A stretch of 63,701 nt of DNA, the filler included, from Licmophora abbreviata (taxonomy: Eukaryota), in NCBI GenBank assembly GCA_900291995.1. It is 12 parts of 12 records of this genome, joined end to end, with 100 filler letters (N's around TTAATTAATTAA, not from the genome) between each part and the next. Parts side by side here need not be neighbours in the genome. Positions count along the whole stretch, not along the records: positions 19,557 to 36,003 come from OLMU01003579.1; positions 36,104 to 38,778 come from OLMU01003580.1; positions 38,879 to 47,775 come from OLMU01003581.1; 9 more parts are not named here. One strand, 5' to 3'. The translations under genes and the position numbers were made by a program. Below the pieces are notes generated by a model. That model searched no databases, was not told the origin of the DNA, and was given only the letters and a program-made list of their open reading frames with translations. This document shows positions 35,301-46,142 of this stretch, in pieces. How positions within the stretch are numbered: position 1 is the stretch's first letter; each line of letters starts with the position of its first letter.

Positions 35301-36598
35301 TCAAACAGAATGCATTGAACTCAGCTGTCGTCCGGGTCGATACTTTTCTCGAAGTTCCGGAACTTTGCTCACAACGTGCTCGTCGTATGGTCGACTCTCG
35401 TAATCAATGTGGACAAAGCATCGTTCGACTTCCTCCCGACTCTCGATTTCATACTGCAGTTCCATGCCCAGGTCGTGTGACTCAAACAAGAGCGTATTCT
35501 TAGGTAAAACGACCTCGAACTCGACCAAGAAGCGCGGTCCAAAATGGTACGCCCGACACACATCGACGAGCATACGGTCATCAAAGTGTTCCGCTAGCTC
35601 CAAGAGCTCTTCGATGAAGTCTTCCGGTGCCGATTTGCCTGTGAGGTGTTCAATCTGCTCCTTGCCGGTCGTATACCATGAATGAATAATGTAGACTGAA
35701 ATCGCAATAGCCCCGATGGGATCGAGGAACCAAAGAGACGGTGTCCGCAAGGCAAATAGTAGTGCGATAGCCGCGACAAGGTTCGAAAGAGCATCGTTCC
35801 AGTGATCTTGCGCGAGAGCTTCGAGCGTCGGATCGCTCAGCGTGACAGTCTGCTTGCCACCGCTAGTGGCGTTACTAGCATCGTTCCCGGCTCGTTGGCA
35901 GAGTAGAAGCAAGAATATCTTTACAAGGACGACACCGAGCATGCTCCAAAAATTTCCAATGCTGACTTCGTCCATGGTAGTCTTGCGATAGGCAAGCGTT
36001 TGGNNNNNNNNNNNNNNNNNNNNNNNNNNNNNNNNNNNNNNNNNNNNTTAATTAATTAANNNNNNNNNNNNNNNNNNNNNNNNNNNNNNNNNNNNNNNNN
36101 NNNTTTGATGACTTCGAACGACGCCATTCCCATCAATGCGGCGCAGGTGAGCACTCCGACGGGCTCTAGTCGACTCGCTCCGGCCGGGTAATGAGCGGAG
36201 CTGCGTTGCATGGAGCTGCTCTTCTCCGTATAGTTCAGTACGACTTGACTGACGACATCCAAGACCGAGTCGACGAGAGCGGCAAGTACCGACAAGGACA
36301 TGGTTCGGACGTAGGTAACTAGCTTGGCCGCTGTAATGAACAAGTTGATATAGAGACTCAGTTCAATCGCAAGACGACGAAGTCGAGGGTCCTTCTCAAG
36401 CGAGGATGACGACATGCCAGCCAGCGATCCATCTTCCGTCACGGTGGAGTAGTTGTGGTGAAAGTCGTCTTGAGGCTGCGAGCGCTTTTCATCGCTGAGT
36501 TCATGACAATGACTGGAACTGCCGTAGTCGACGGCGGCCGACCTGAGTTCAATCAGTTCGTCGGAGCCCTTGGGAGAAGCAGACAGTGGCTTTGTCAT
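35301..36598 (-). CDS. Cation diffusion facilitator, Mn-CDF (MTP8-11-like); spans a gap
   Basis: SLSVLAALVDSVLD, YPAGASRLEPVG, AQDHWND, DPIGAIAIS, RAYHFGPRFLVE, ESHDLG and EVERCFVHIDYE. The DxxxD motifs in TM2/TM5 are typical of the Mn clade. Confidence 0.9.
36004..36103. other. Artificial assembly spacer (inside the CDF gene)
   Basis: N44-TTAATTAATTAA-N44. Confidence 0.97.
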
Positions 36599-36994
36599 GA
36601 TTTCCTGGGGCTGGAGAGAGAGCAAGCGGTGGTGTCGTCAAAATGGTACAATGATACCAGGTAGACTAAGGAGTATGATACAGTCTGAGTCGCAGTACAG
36701 CACGATGACACTCGACAACTTCAACAGAGACTGATGATGAGGTGATGAGTGATCTGAATCTTGTGGTGTTCGGCGCACACGAATGGTGAATCTCGACACC
36801 GACGGCGGACGTGTGACGTTCGCATGCATGCAATGCATTCATTGACGTCGCTACGCTTGACATCGGCCCCGATCGACCGCACTCGGTGACTGGGGACTCA
36901 TAGACACCAACTCAGTCCTTCTAAATCAGTACTATATTTTGCATTTCTATTCTTGTGTTCCTAGCTAGGCACTCTTGGCTTATGAGTAGCTTGT

Positions 36995-38278
36995 TCAAGC
37001 ACCATTCGCCGCTCGACTTCGGAAAAAGTCGGCGGAGGACGGCCCTCCCGTCGTATCGTAACCCGTCGTAGCTGGCATGTTGTCCCACAACTCTCCATAG
37101 CTCTTTCGCGTATTGCGGCCACCAAACCATGTTCGATGCTCGTCTGGGCGACGCATGTCAGTGATCGGGTCCGGTGGATTCTCCACCAAGTCCTCAACTG
37201 CAATCGCCGCTTGGCTGTTCAACCTCGTCTCAATCTCTTTCATTTCCCCCTCAAGCTCCGGTAGTTTGTTCAATTTTACAAGCTGCTTCTCCTGCAACCG
37301 TTCCCCACCCTCGTGCCTCGCTTCCAGCTCTTTGCAATTCTTGATTTGCGCTGCAAGTCGTACATAGTTTCGTTTCTGAGCACTGGTCAGAAGCCGCTGC
37401 TTGGCTAGTTTTGCGAACCATTGCTGTCGGAGATCCCGTCTCTCCTCTTCTGCCATGTCACCTTCGATCGATGGGTCCAGAACAAAGAGTTGGTGCACGA
37501 CTAGCGCCGTCGCCACGGACAGATTGAGGGAATCGGCAAAGCCACGAAGTGGCAAGTACACGCGCAGATCCGCAGCCTCGAGCATTTCTTGAGTGCACCC
37601 GACCGCTTCGGTTCCAAAGACAATGGCGAGCTTCGACGGCAAGGCCAGCAATGTCTGATTCATGGATCGGCATAGATCATCGCTCGTGAGACTCGTGGCG
37701 ACCTGGGACAGGTCCGTCGCCCATATCGTGTGGTCGGACTGCCGCAGCGCAGAGAGGCAACTGGCGGTATCCGAGAATTCGCGTATTGTGAGCCATTCCA
37801 TGGCTTTTCGAGCAAACAAGTGATGCAAGGAGCGTGACTGTCGATCCTGTTCGTTGATTCGTCCTGGATCTGAGCTACTGGTACCGTTGGAGGCCGCGGG
37901 ATGCGTGGTACTAGACCCTCCGTCCTTCATGACGACGGAGTCGATGATCCATACGTTCTGGACACCGAGCGCCTCGGCAGTCCGAAGAATGGCAGAGTAG
38001 TTATGGTCGCTCGTACATCGTTCAACGACAATCGTGAGACGGGACGTTCTTCGCTTGATCGCACCTTCTGCTTTGCGGATCACTCGCTGTTCAAGGGTCG
38101 CCGCGTCAAGCAGCGGCTGTGAGGACTGCAATGACAGCGCGTCCGCGTTCTTCCCAGTTGATCGACGACGCTTTCGCAGAGCTCTCTGGGCCAATGGCAC
38201 GATGCAGTAGAAGACAGAGGCTGCCGTCGCTGCTCCTGCCAGAAACGGTCGCCACGAAGTAACTTGGGTCGTCATCAT
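36995..38278 (-). CDS. SpoU/TrmH-family (SPOUT) RNA 2'-O-methyltransferase
   Basis: Motif 1 LTIVVERCTSDHNYSAILRTAEALGV, motif 2 LAIVFGTEAVG, motif 3 LPLRGFADSLNLSVATA. Confidence 0.9.
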   Translation of the reverse strand: MMTTQVTSWRPFLAGAATAASVFYCIVPLAQRALRKRRRSTGKNADALSLQSSQPLLDAATLEQRVIRKAEGAIKRRTSRLTIVVERCTSDHNYSAILRTAEALGVQNVWIIDSVVMKDGGSSTTHPAASNGTSSSDPGRINEQDRQSRSLHHLFARKAMEWLTIREFSDTASCLSALRQSDHTIWATDLSQVATSLTSDDLCRSMNQTLLALPSKLAIVFGTEAVGCTQEMLEAADLRVYLPLRGFADSLNLSVATALVVHQLFVLDPSIEGDMAEEERRDLRQQWFAKLAKQRLLTSAQKRNYVRLAAQIKNCKELEARHEGGERLQEKQLVKLNKLPELEGEMKEIETRLNSQAAIAVEDLVENPPDPITDMRRPDEHRTWFGGRNTRKSYGELWDNMPATTGYDTTGGPSSADFFRSRAANGA

Positions 38279-38559
38279 GGTCGATGATGTGCTATTTTAG
38301 AAAAAGCGCGCGAGGCTTTTGTCTTTGGTCTTTTTGGCATTGGTGTATCATAACAGGTTATGAGAGTTCGCTGAGATTTGAACGGTCCTCAAGGCAACCG
38401 TCTGTACAACGTACAACCACTCTCATTCGTGCATTGCAAAGGAATGAGAATTTAGGAGATTCAAGATCTCTCACATTAGCGTCTATACACAGTACTATAT
38501 CATACAGCACACAGCCCTGCCGCATTTCCCCATTGTTGTCTCACTTGCCCCCCCCTACC

Positions 38560-40676
38560 ATGTCCCAAGATGATCAGAAAGATGACAAACCAGCATTTAG
38601 CATCCCGGATCCCGAACAGCTGCAGCGTTCGACCAGAAGCTCGGAATCCAGCACCTTTCGGTACGTTTTCGCTACGGCACCGTGTGTGTATTGTGTCGCG
38701 GTCCCCATGCATGATTCAGAAGATTTACAGAACATATCGCCGGTACAGCGACTCGAGCTGCTCGTGCAGTCATGGGGGNNNNNNNNNNNNNNNNNNNNNN
38801 NNNNNNNNNNNNNNNNNNNNNNTTAATTAATTAANNNNNNNNNNNNNNNNNNNNNNNNNNNNNNNNNNNNNNNNNNNNGGTGGTGTGCGATACGTCGACG
38901 CCTGTGCTGAGTTTTGGATGCCTTTTGTTGCCGTAGTGCAGTAGTTTCCTACCGGTAGCGGCTCCACGCTTTCGCATGCCTCACGATTTCTCACATCTGC
39001 TGCGCAAACTTCACGTCTTTTGTTACGATTGCAGATCGGCCCCTATGATCGATCCAATCTTCCCTAGTACCGCGTCATTCGCATCCCTATCGACTCGCGA
39101 AAGTCCTCTCCCAACAGCAGCATCACCACGGCCGGTCGCCACCGCCTTTTCCGCAAAGCTAAAGCCAGTCGCAACTTCGGCTTTGGCTCCACCACAAGTC
39201 AGCATCTTCAGTAGTCTCGATACTCCACCCGCGTCGATTCAGCCAACCGTACTTCTCCCGCTCTTTCGCAAGGACGTCAAGTCTACTTTGGCATCTGCCG
39301 CTGTGGAATGGGCGCGACAGACGCCACCTCAGCTTCCCCGATACTACTCCGGTTCTCTCTTTTCTTCTGTCATTGATATTTTGTCTTCCTTTCAAGTTCT
39401 TTCGAACCTGGTTGAGGCCTTTCGTCGGATGAGTATTCATGTCAAGTACCTGCCTCCTTCCAAGTCGGTAAGTGCTTTCGATTTGGCAATGCTGTCGCTA
39501 CTGACTTCGACCGATCACTCAGTTTCATACTGTATCTGATGGTTTCGACTCGATAGTCTTGTGCAGCGGCACTTTCCACGTACGATGATGTCGAGTTCTT
39601 CCTTTCCGTCTGGATGACTCGAACCAATGGGCATGGGAAAGTGTATGTCGAACTACAGCCGCGACGGAATGATGCCGATGACGCCATGCAAGCCCAAGTC
39701 GCCAGGGATATTTTACTCGCTGCGCGTGGAGACCTCAGTTCAGTATCTCGCGGAGACGAGGAACAAAGCGAATGGTACTACCGAGGCATTCTCGAGGCTG
39801 AATCGTTACTGGAAACAGAACGGACCCGACGTGGAACGAGTGTGTCGGCTACCGCATGGTCAGAGTCGTATCAGCCTGTTGCGTTCGCTCATTCGCTCAT
39901 GACTTCTTCGTCTGCGAGTATGGGCAGCGGTCCGCTTGATTCTCTCCGAGCAATGAGCGCTTGCCGTGTTGGACTGGAAAGTCTGGCCGTACTTGTGGAC
40001 CCGAGCAAAGTAGGAACTGTGCGAAGGCGTTCAGGCCAGTCGAATCGTGTTGCTGGGAACCGATCGACCGTCGTCTAGCTTTCTCGACGAAGATACGCGT
40101 CGCATGTACCAAGACATTCACGAGATTATTGTGTACGTTGTTCAGAAGCGCTGCTTACCCCCTAGCTTTCAGTCAGGTGACGAGACTGTTGATGCCATGG
40201 AGTGGCACGTACGAGGAGACGATGTAGACTACTTCATTGGCAATACCGACGGCCAGTCCCCGGAGCACAAGAGGGCCATGACTCGATTGTTCCATATCGC
40301 GCTCTCAATACTTGCCAGCGCGTTGCGAGTTGCCACTCAGGTCTCACCGGAGCTGGGAGATACAGAGCAGTCTGTACTCCTCTCGCCAACGCTTGTTGTG
40401 GAGCAGTTCTTGGCGAAAGCCTTCAACATGACCCAAACGGACATGCTCTTTACGCTATTGCACCAGCTTCAACAGGCGGAGTCTAGTCCTCACACTGCGT
40501 GTCTTGCCGCAACTTGTTTGCGATACATTGGGGCCCCGTCCCGAGACGCCTTATCGCGAATGAGCAAGCTTGGGGGAGGCTCAAGCTGTGCGCATCGCGC
40601 CTTGGCGATTGGTTCGGTGAGCCACGTGAAGCTCGAATGGCAATGTCGTCAGCTTGTCTCGCTGCTCGAACACTAG
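38560..40676 (+). CDS. Multi-exon hypothetical protein (gap and an apparent frameshift near 40030)
   Basis: Consecutive + strand ORFs (38560-, 39037-39467, approx. 39573-40030, 40047-40676) separated by GT-AG introns. Protein-like segments such as KVYVELQPRRND and VGLESLAVLVDP, with an ARM-like helical C-terminus. Confidence 0.55.
38779..38878. other. Artificial assembly spacer
   Basis: N44-TTAATTAATTAA-N44. Confidence 0.97.
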
Positions 40677-41249
40677 GAGGCATGGTTCCGCTTGAGATCT
40701 CCAAAAATTAGAGCATGAAGCTGTACAAGCAAGGTCGGATGTATTATTCTGTACTTTACAATTATCTACCATAAGTCACCCCACTTTTATCTACTTGAAG
40801 CCGCGCCCCTCTTTAGAGAGTGTACTATCCCGACTCGGCAAACCTATTAAGCGCGACGTCAATGCAGATGTGAACGTAAGACGAACCCAAGGTTTGTCGC
40901 TCGATGCAACACAGTGCAGCTTCTCGTAGCGATGCCGCATCACGTATCGTCGGTGTCGCAACGCCTTCAGGCGAAGAGAACGTAGCAGAAGAGTCGCGGC
41001 AGACGCATCGCTCAGGGGATCACCACCACGTTCGTCCTTCGAATAAAACGAGCATTCGTCGCTCTTGTTGAGAAGCAATTTGGGCATGGTTCATGTTGCT
41101 TCATTGACCGATTGCTGAATAACTTTCCGATTGCTTTGACCGTACCATCCACAAGCCGTTTCCATTGCTGAGAGGCCTCTTCGTTGAGATGTCTTCATTC
41201 CGCACGTTTTCCACTGAAGTCCAAGCGTGAGCCAACGTTGAAATCGAAC

Positions 41250-42929
41250 TTACGTCAGCTGCTGAATAAACTTGTCGAGTTCCTCGGTGTGCCCACCAGT
41301 AGCGGTACCTTTCGGTAAACTCCCCGGCCGTGCAAGATCGAGAATCAAGACAACGCGTTCTGATGAGCTATAATTGAACGCTCGATGAACTTTGGAATCG
41401 TCAAAGACCAAAGGACGTCCTGTCACGTGAGTTTCCACACAGCCATCCACCCAAGTACCACAGAGTCCGCCCTCTGGTACGACCAACGGAATGTGTACTC
41501 GATAGACGTGATTGGCAAGATCTTGCCATCCCGTGTGTGCCTCCAACACAGTTTCTGCGTCCAAGCGAGAGAATAGTGCAGTTCTCAACGTGTCACCCAG
41601 AAGCTCCTTGAGCAGTGCGGTCGTTTTCGGAACAAAAGACGTCGTGGCCCGAATCCATGAACGATTCGACACTTGATTGGATGGAAAGCAGTGGCACAGG
41701 GGAAAGACGGTCCATGAGGCCGGATACGTCGAGTTCGTTTGTTGTTGTTCGTCTTCGTCGCCGTCAGCTTTCAAAGAGCGATAGTGTTGCTGTTCGGGCC
41801 ATGCTGTCCACTGTGGGATGGACAAGGCTTCCTCTCGAATGGCCGAAACATGACGGAGGAGCGGTTCAAGTAAATTTGGATAGTCTTGTGCATGTGCTAT
41901 ATAAGGAGGTGCCGTAAGCCGGTAGCTGATGTCCTCCTCCTCGTCTTGGGCATCACTGTCCTCGACAGGCTCCTCCTCGCCGTCGTGTTCCTCTCCATGC
42001 CGCCGATACGTTTCCCACAAGCAGCCGTCCGGTGTGAACGTACGAGCCTCGTCATCGTCTTCTGTAGGGCGACGTACGCTCAAGTTCTCCCTTTCCGGCA
42101 GCGTACGAAACACTACGATTGTCGCATCTGACATGGATGAGGAAGACTGCATCGAACTTACAGTATAATCTTGGCTCCACCACTGCATTGCGACGTCGTC
42201 AGGCAGCCTTACACGTGCGGTCGCCTGCAAAAAGTATGATGGACAGACATCGTTGACGCGAACGTTGGTTGTGATCGAGTCGGATGAGAGTGAGTCTGGC
42301 AAGACCAACACCACGATAGAGGGTAGCGCATCCATCGTGTTGTCGTCGTCTCTGCTGGACATTGCCCCCCAGGGCGAGTACGCATGCGACGTCCCGAGCA
42401 AGGAGCGAAGAAAGTGACACGACGCAGCCTGGGATTTATCAAGCGACGACAGAGAATCTGCCACTGTTCGAAGATCCACCCATCGAATCGACAGTGATGC
42501 CGAGGATGTCGTGGTGGCTGATGTTTGGAGTGGCCGTCGTTCCCAATCACTGTGGGGCGCCTCTGAGCCGCAGGCGCTGCATTCTTCTTCCCCATTCACA
42601 ACGGCAGCCTGATGGACGGTCATCCGCAATGGGACAGTTTGATCATGATTAACATCGCCATTTACACTATCACTGTACAGATCTTCGTAAACACCAAGAA
42701 TCGTGTGCATCTTGACTCCCGGTCTCTTACAATCCAGCAAGTGAGGGTCATTGCGAAGTCGAATGCGTAGAGCAGGTTCGTGCTGATTGTCCGGCAGCAA
42801 GTGTGCCTGGATAGCGTCCTCGAGTATTGCATAGGAGGACAGTGTGATTTCTTCGTCATGCACGGTGGAGAGGGCGAGACAAGGCCCAGCTGTGTACTGA
42901 CAAAGAAGTGACGGTGTCCAAGACACCAT
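41250..42929 (-). CDS. Aspartyl/asparaginyl beta-hydroxylase-domain protein (2OG/Fe(II) oxygenase)
   Basis: C-terminal WTVFPL...TALFSRLDAETVLEAHTGW...YRVHIPLVVP...LVFDDSKVHRAFN...RVVLILDL. The upstream ATG at 43025 is also possible. Confidence 0.88.
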   Translation of the reverse strand: MVSWTPSLLCQYTAGPCLALSTVHDEEITLSSYAILEDAIQAHLLPDNQHEPALRIRLRNDPHLLDCKRPGVKMHTILGVYEDLYSDSVNGDVNHDQTVPLRMTVHQAAVVNGEEECSACGSEAPHSDWERRPLQTSATTTSSASLSIRWVDLRTVADSLSSLDKSQAASCHFLRSLLGTSHAYSPWGAMSSRDDDNTMDALPSIVVLVLPDSLSSDSITTNVRVNDVCPSYFLQATARVRLPDDVAMQWWSQDYTVSSMQSSSSMSDATIVVFRTLPERENLSVRRPTEDDDEARTFTPDGCLWETYRRHGEEHDGEEEPVEDSDAQDEEEDISYRLTAPPYIAHAQDYPNLLEPLLRHVSAIREEALSIPQWTAWPEQQHYRSLKADGDEDEQQQTNSTYPASWTVFPLCHCFPSNQVSNRSWIRATTSFVPKTTALLKELLGDTLRTALFSRLDAETVLEAHTGWQDLANHVYRVHIPLVVPEGGLCGTWVDGCVETHVTGRPLVFDDSKVHRAFNYSSSERVVLILDLARPGSLPKGTATGGHTEELDKFIQQLT

Positions 42930-43480
42930 TGTCGATGGTCGATTTGGCCGACGGACGTCTGAGTCAATTTTGGGACTTTGATTGCGATTTGATAAGACTA
43001 TGGCACATACAGTGCCAATGAACAACGGCGGAAATAGAAAAAGAACCGTGCAAAGTCGGCTATAAGTCTATTGGCAAGAAAGGGGAGCCGCCGCCGTCGT
43101 CCTCATCGGCATTGTGATGAATTGTGAATTGTGGCCACTTGCAAGTTTTAAGTTTTGGGTTTTGAGTTTTGATTTTTGTGGCACGTGGTATGTGGCTCGC
43201 GAGACATCTAAAATTCCAGATTCCGTCATTGATTGATGTGGATATCATGTATGTTGACGATTCCTGATTCCGTGTATCTTTGTGGTGTCACTCTCTCGCA
43301 CGCATCTCGCCATCTCAACTCTCGTCCCACATCAGCATGGCGACTGACTGGATCTGCACCGTCGGGTCGAACTGCTCTCGATATTCTCTCTGCGCGTCGC
43401 TCCTTGTGCCCTAGCTACACTATACTGCATCTGCGCAGCCTTCTTCTACTTCTACTGCTACCGCTGGATCAATCGCCAAC

Positions 43481-44073
43481 ATGCTTCGAAGGAGCTTTTG
43501 CTTGTGGATGGCCGCTTTGATGGCAGCATCGACTGTCGTTGTGGCCTTCGCTCCCGTCAGTGTTGTACGCACGCCACGAGTCTCCTCCTCGTCGGTGGTC
43601 CTGTCTATGGCCTTGGATGCGCCTCCTCCTGCTCTCGTGGATGCAGCTACAGTGAGACAGTCCACGACGGTGGCTGCTAGCTCTCCTACTAACAGTCTCT
43701 TGGATCGAGGCATCCAGGAGTACGTCAGCGAGTCTTCGTCCACCGTAACACTCTCCTTGGTGGACCGAGCCCCACCGCCGACTGCCGAAGAGATCGCTGC
43801 CAAGAAGCGAAACTTCAATCTATGGTTTTGGGGAGGAGGCTTTGTGGCGCCCTTTCTAGCCACCTTTTACTGTGAGTCACCTCTACTGCTCGTATGATGC
43901 GGAATGACCGTGAGCAAACATGTCCAAGGCCGAAGTACTCTTCTCCTGCTGGTTACAGTACTGCTATGAAACTAGCTTCTGCACACAACCTCTTCTCACT
44001 TGTACTCGCTCCTCTTTGCCTCGTCGATGCTGTATGCCTTGCAGACTTTGGATTCAAGTTCTGGGAAAAGTAA
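43481..44073 (+). CDS. Small plastid-targeted single-pass membrane protein, 2 exons
   Basis: Signal peptide ending VVA-FAP (ASAFAP-type), Ser-rich transit peptide, C-terminus PPTAEEIAAKKRNFNLWFWGGGFVAPFLATFY|YFGFKFWEK*. Intron 43872-44044. Confidence 0.8.
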
Positions 44074-45025
44074 CACAATGGCATACTGCAAGAGAGAGAA
44101 TGTTCCGGAAGAACGCGACGATGAAGGCAGGAGGATGTATCGAACTTGGCGGCATTGGCTGGTTGCTACTAATTGTACTGTCAAGCCTCGACGGTACCAT
44201 AACCTATGGCATTCGTCGCGTGGAAAATGGAAGAGGACGTGACTTGGTAGGGTGTAAAAGGAGTCATCGAGATGCAACAAGAAAATAAGAGCGCAACACT
44301 GGCTGACCATGCATTCGTATCATATCGTACGACCATATTGTATGCACTGCGCTTCATTTTATAGAGGCAGATGTTAGCCTCATTAGAATCACGTCGCAGT
44401 AGGTCGATAAACTTCATTCATTGGTCAAAAGGGTTGCGTCGCTGCAAAGGTCGGGAAAGGGCCGAAGCGCACACCATTGCACATGGACGGACATCACTCA
44501 CATGGACCCCCTAGTAGGCGAACCTCTATCGTGTACAGTAGCGTCGGTACCTGTAGGCGTCATGCACGCGTGTGGTGATGGACGCACCATACAACGCGAT
44601 TCGATTCTGCCTTCTTGTAATGGCACAGACGCAACCGATGTCTCTTGTTGTTGCACGTAGTCGTCCGCAAATGGTGTAAACAAAAGCGCACGCGAGTCGC
44701 ACCCAGGCGATCTCGTCGATCGCATCGGTCAAGAAGATAGCACAGTTATTGGTAGAGGGCAATGCATGAAGGTGAACGCATGCACAAACGCTAGCTTGTG
44801 TGACATTGTGTACTAGGACGGAGGTGGGTCGACTACAGTTATACTGATGGATGTTGGGGGCGAGGGTGCGAGATATGGCATCGAAAGAAACTAAAAAAGC
44901 GACGCGTAGAATCTTGCAGTGCTAGAATTGATATCAGACAACTTCTAGTATCTACCTTGTCGCTGGAAGGCTGCTCGTTCGAGTCCAAGGCGCGTTGCTC
45001 GACAACTATATGACGCTGCAACAGT

Positions 45026-45643
45026 CTAATCTTGGCGCCCCTTGAGTTCTCTCGTCATGACTCCATCTTTGGTGAGGATATGCACAACACCACCCCATCC
45101 ACTCAGCGCATCTCGATCCACGGAGGCAAGAAGAGCTTGCGCAAGAGTCTCAAAGAGAGCATCGGGCTCGAGATCGGGTTTGTAAAGCGTCTCGCACATG
45201 CCGTACAAGTTCCCCGTGCAAGTTCCACTGACAACGAAATCATCGGCCTTCACAGTGGCACCAATCAAGTCACTGCCGCTCAAGAAGGGCTTGTTGGTAA
45301 CGGGATCAAGTCCCGCGACGATGGGTTCGACAAAGTAGGGGCCAAAGCGCTTTTCATAGAGCAGCGTCGACATGAGGTGGGAGAGCGTCTGCGGCGTCAT
45401 TTCTCGTTCTTCCCGCAGAGAATAGAGCTGCAGTCGAAATTTGAGCAGCTGGTGCAGCGTCTGAACGTCCGTGGCAAGTCCTGCGAGTCCGACGAAGGAA
45501 TTGTCGTTCATTTGAAAGACTTTTTGGAAATCTGTCGCCACCGTCTGCTGCTGCATACCGAGACGACGGTCTGCGGCAATGCCGACGCAATCTTTGCCCG
45601 CCATGGCAATCATGGCGGCTCCGTTGTATTCTAGAATCGACAT
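45026..45643 (-). CDS. PSMB3: 20S proteasome subunit beta type-3
   Basis: [29 protein letters not shown]...[11 protein letters not shown]...[12 protein letters not shown]...DRDALSGWG...LKGRQD. Confidence 0.97.
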   Translation of the reverse strand: MSILEYNGAAMIAMAGKDCVGIAADRRLGMQQQTVATDFQKVFQMNDNSFVGLAGLATDVQTLHQLLKFRLQLYSLREEREMTPQTLSHLMSTLLYEKRFGPYFVEPIVAGLDPVTNKPFLSGSDLIGATVKADDFVVSGTCTGNLYGMCETLYKPDLEPDALFETLAQALLASVDRDALSGWGGVVHILTKDGVMTRELKGRQD

Positions 45644-46142
45644 GGTGCCAGGGAAGGAGCTAAGGAGTGTACACAAGAGAAGCGAGGACCAGGTAGTCGA
45701 CAACAGACACCCTTTTGATCAAGGACTAAATGATATGATACAGTGCGGTCTACCGGCGCACTCAATCGAAATGCAATGGAAGCTTGTCGAAGCGACGATC
45801 TTCGGGACGACGGCCAGGACGCTTCTTCGCAGGATTTGCGAGCTATCGCTACCGGTACGAGCTCTGAAGCACACATCCAAAAAGGACTTTCAACTTGGGA
45901 CGAAGCTCAGAATACAGGCGTCGTAGGTGTGTTGGACTGCGGACTCTCTCTAGATTGGGCTAGTCTGGCATACGAGTAGTAACGTAGGTAGAAACAGCGG
46001 TACGCAAACTGCTTCAAGGGAAGCAAGTCTCTAGATACATACGAGGACGTAGCTAGTAGTATAGCTCCCGTTTACATTGCATTCTCCGTTTCATCGACGT
46101 ATCCCATTTGCATTCCCCGCGTCGTCGCACTGCGTACATCGA

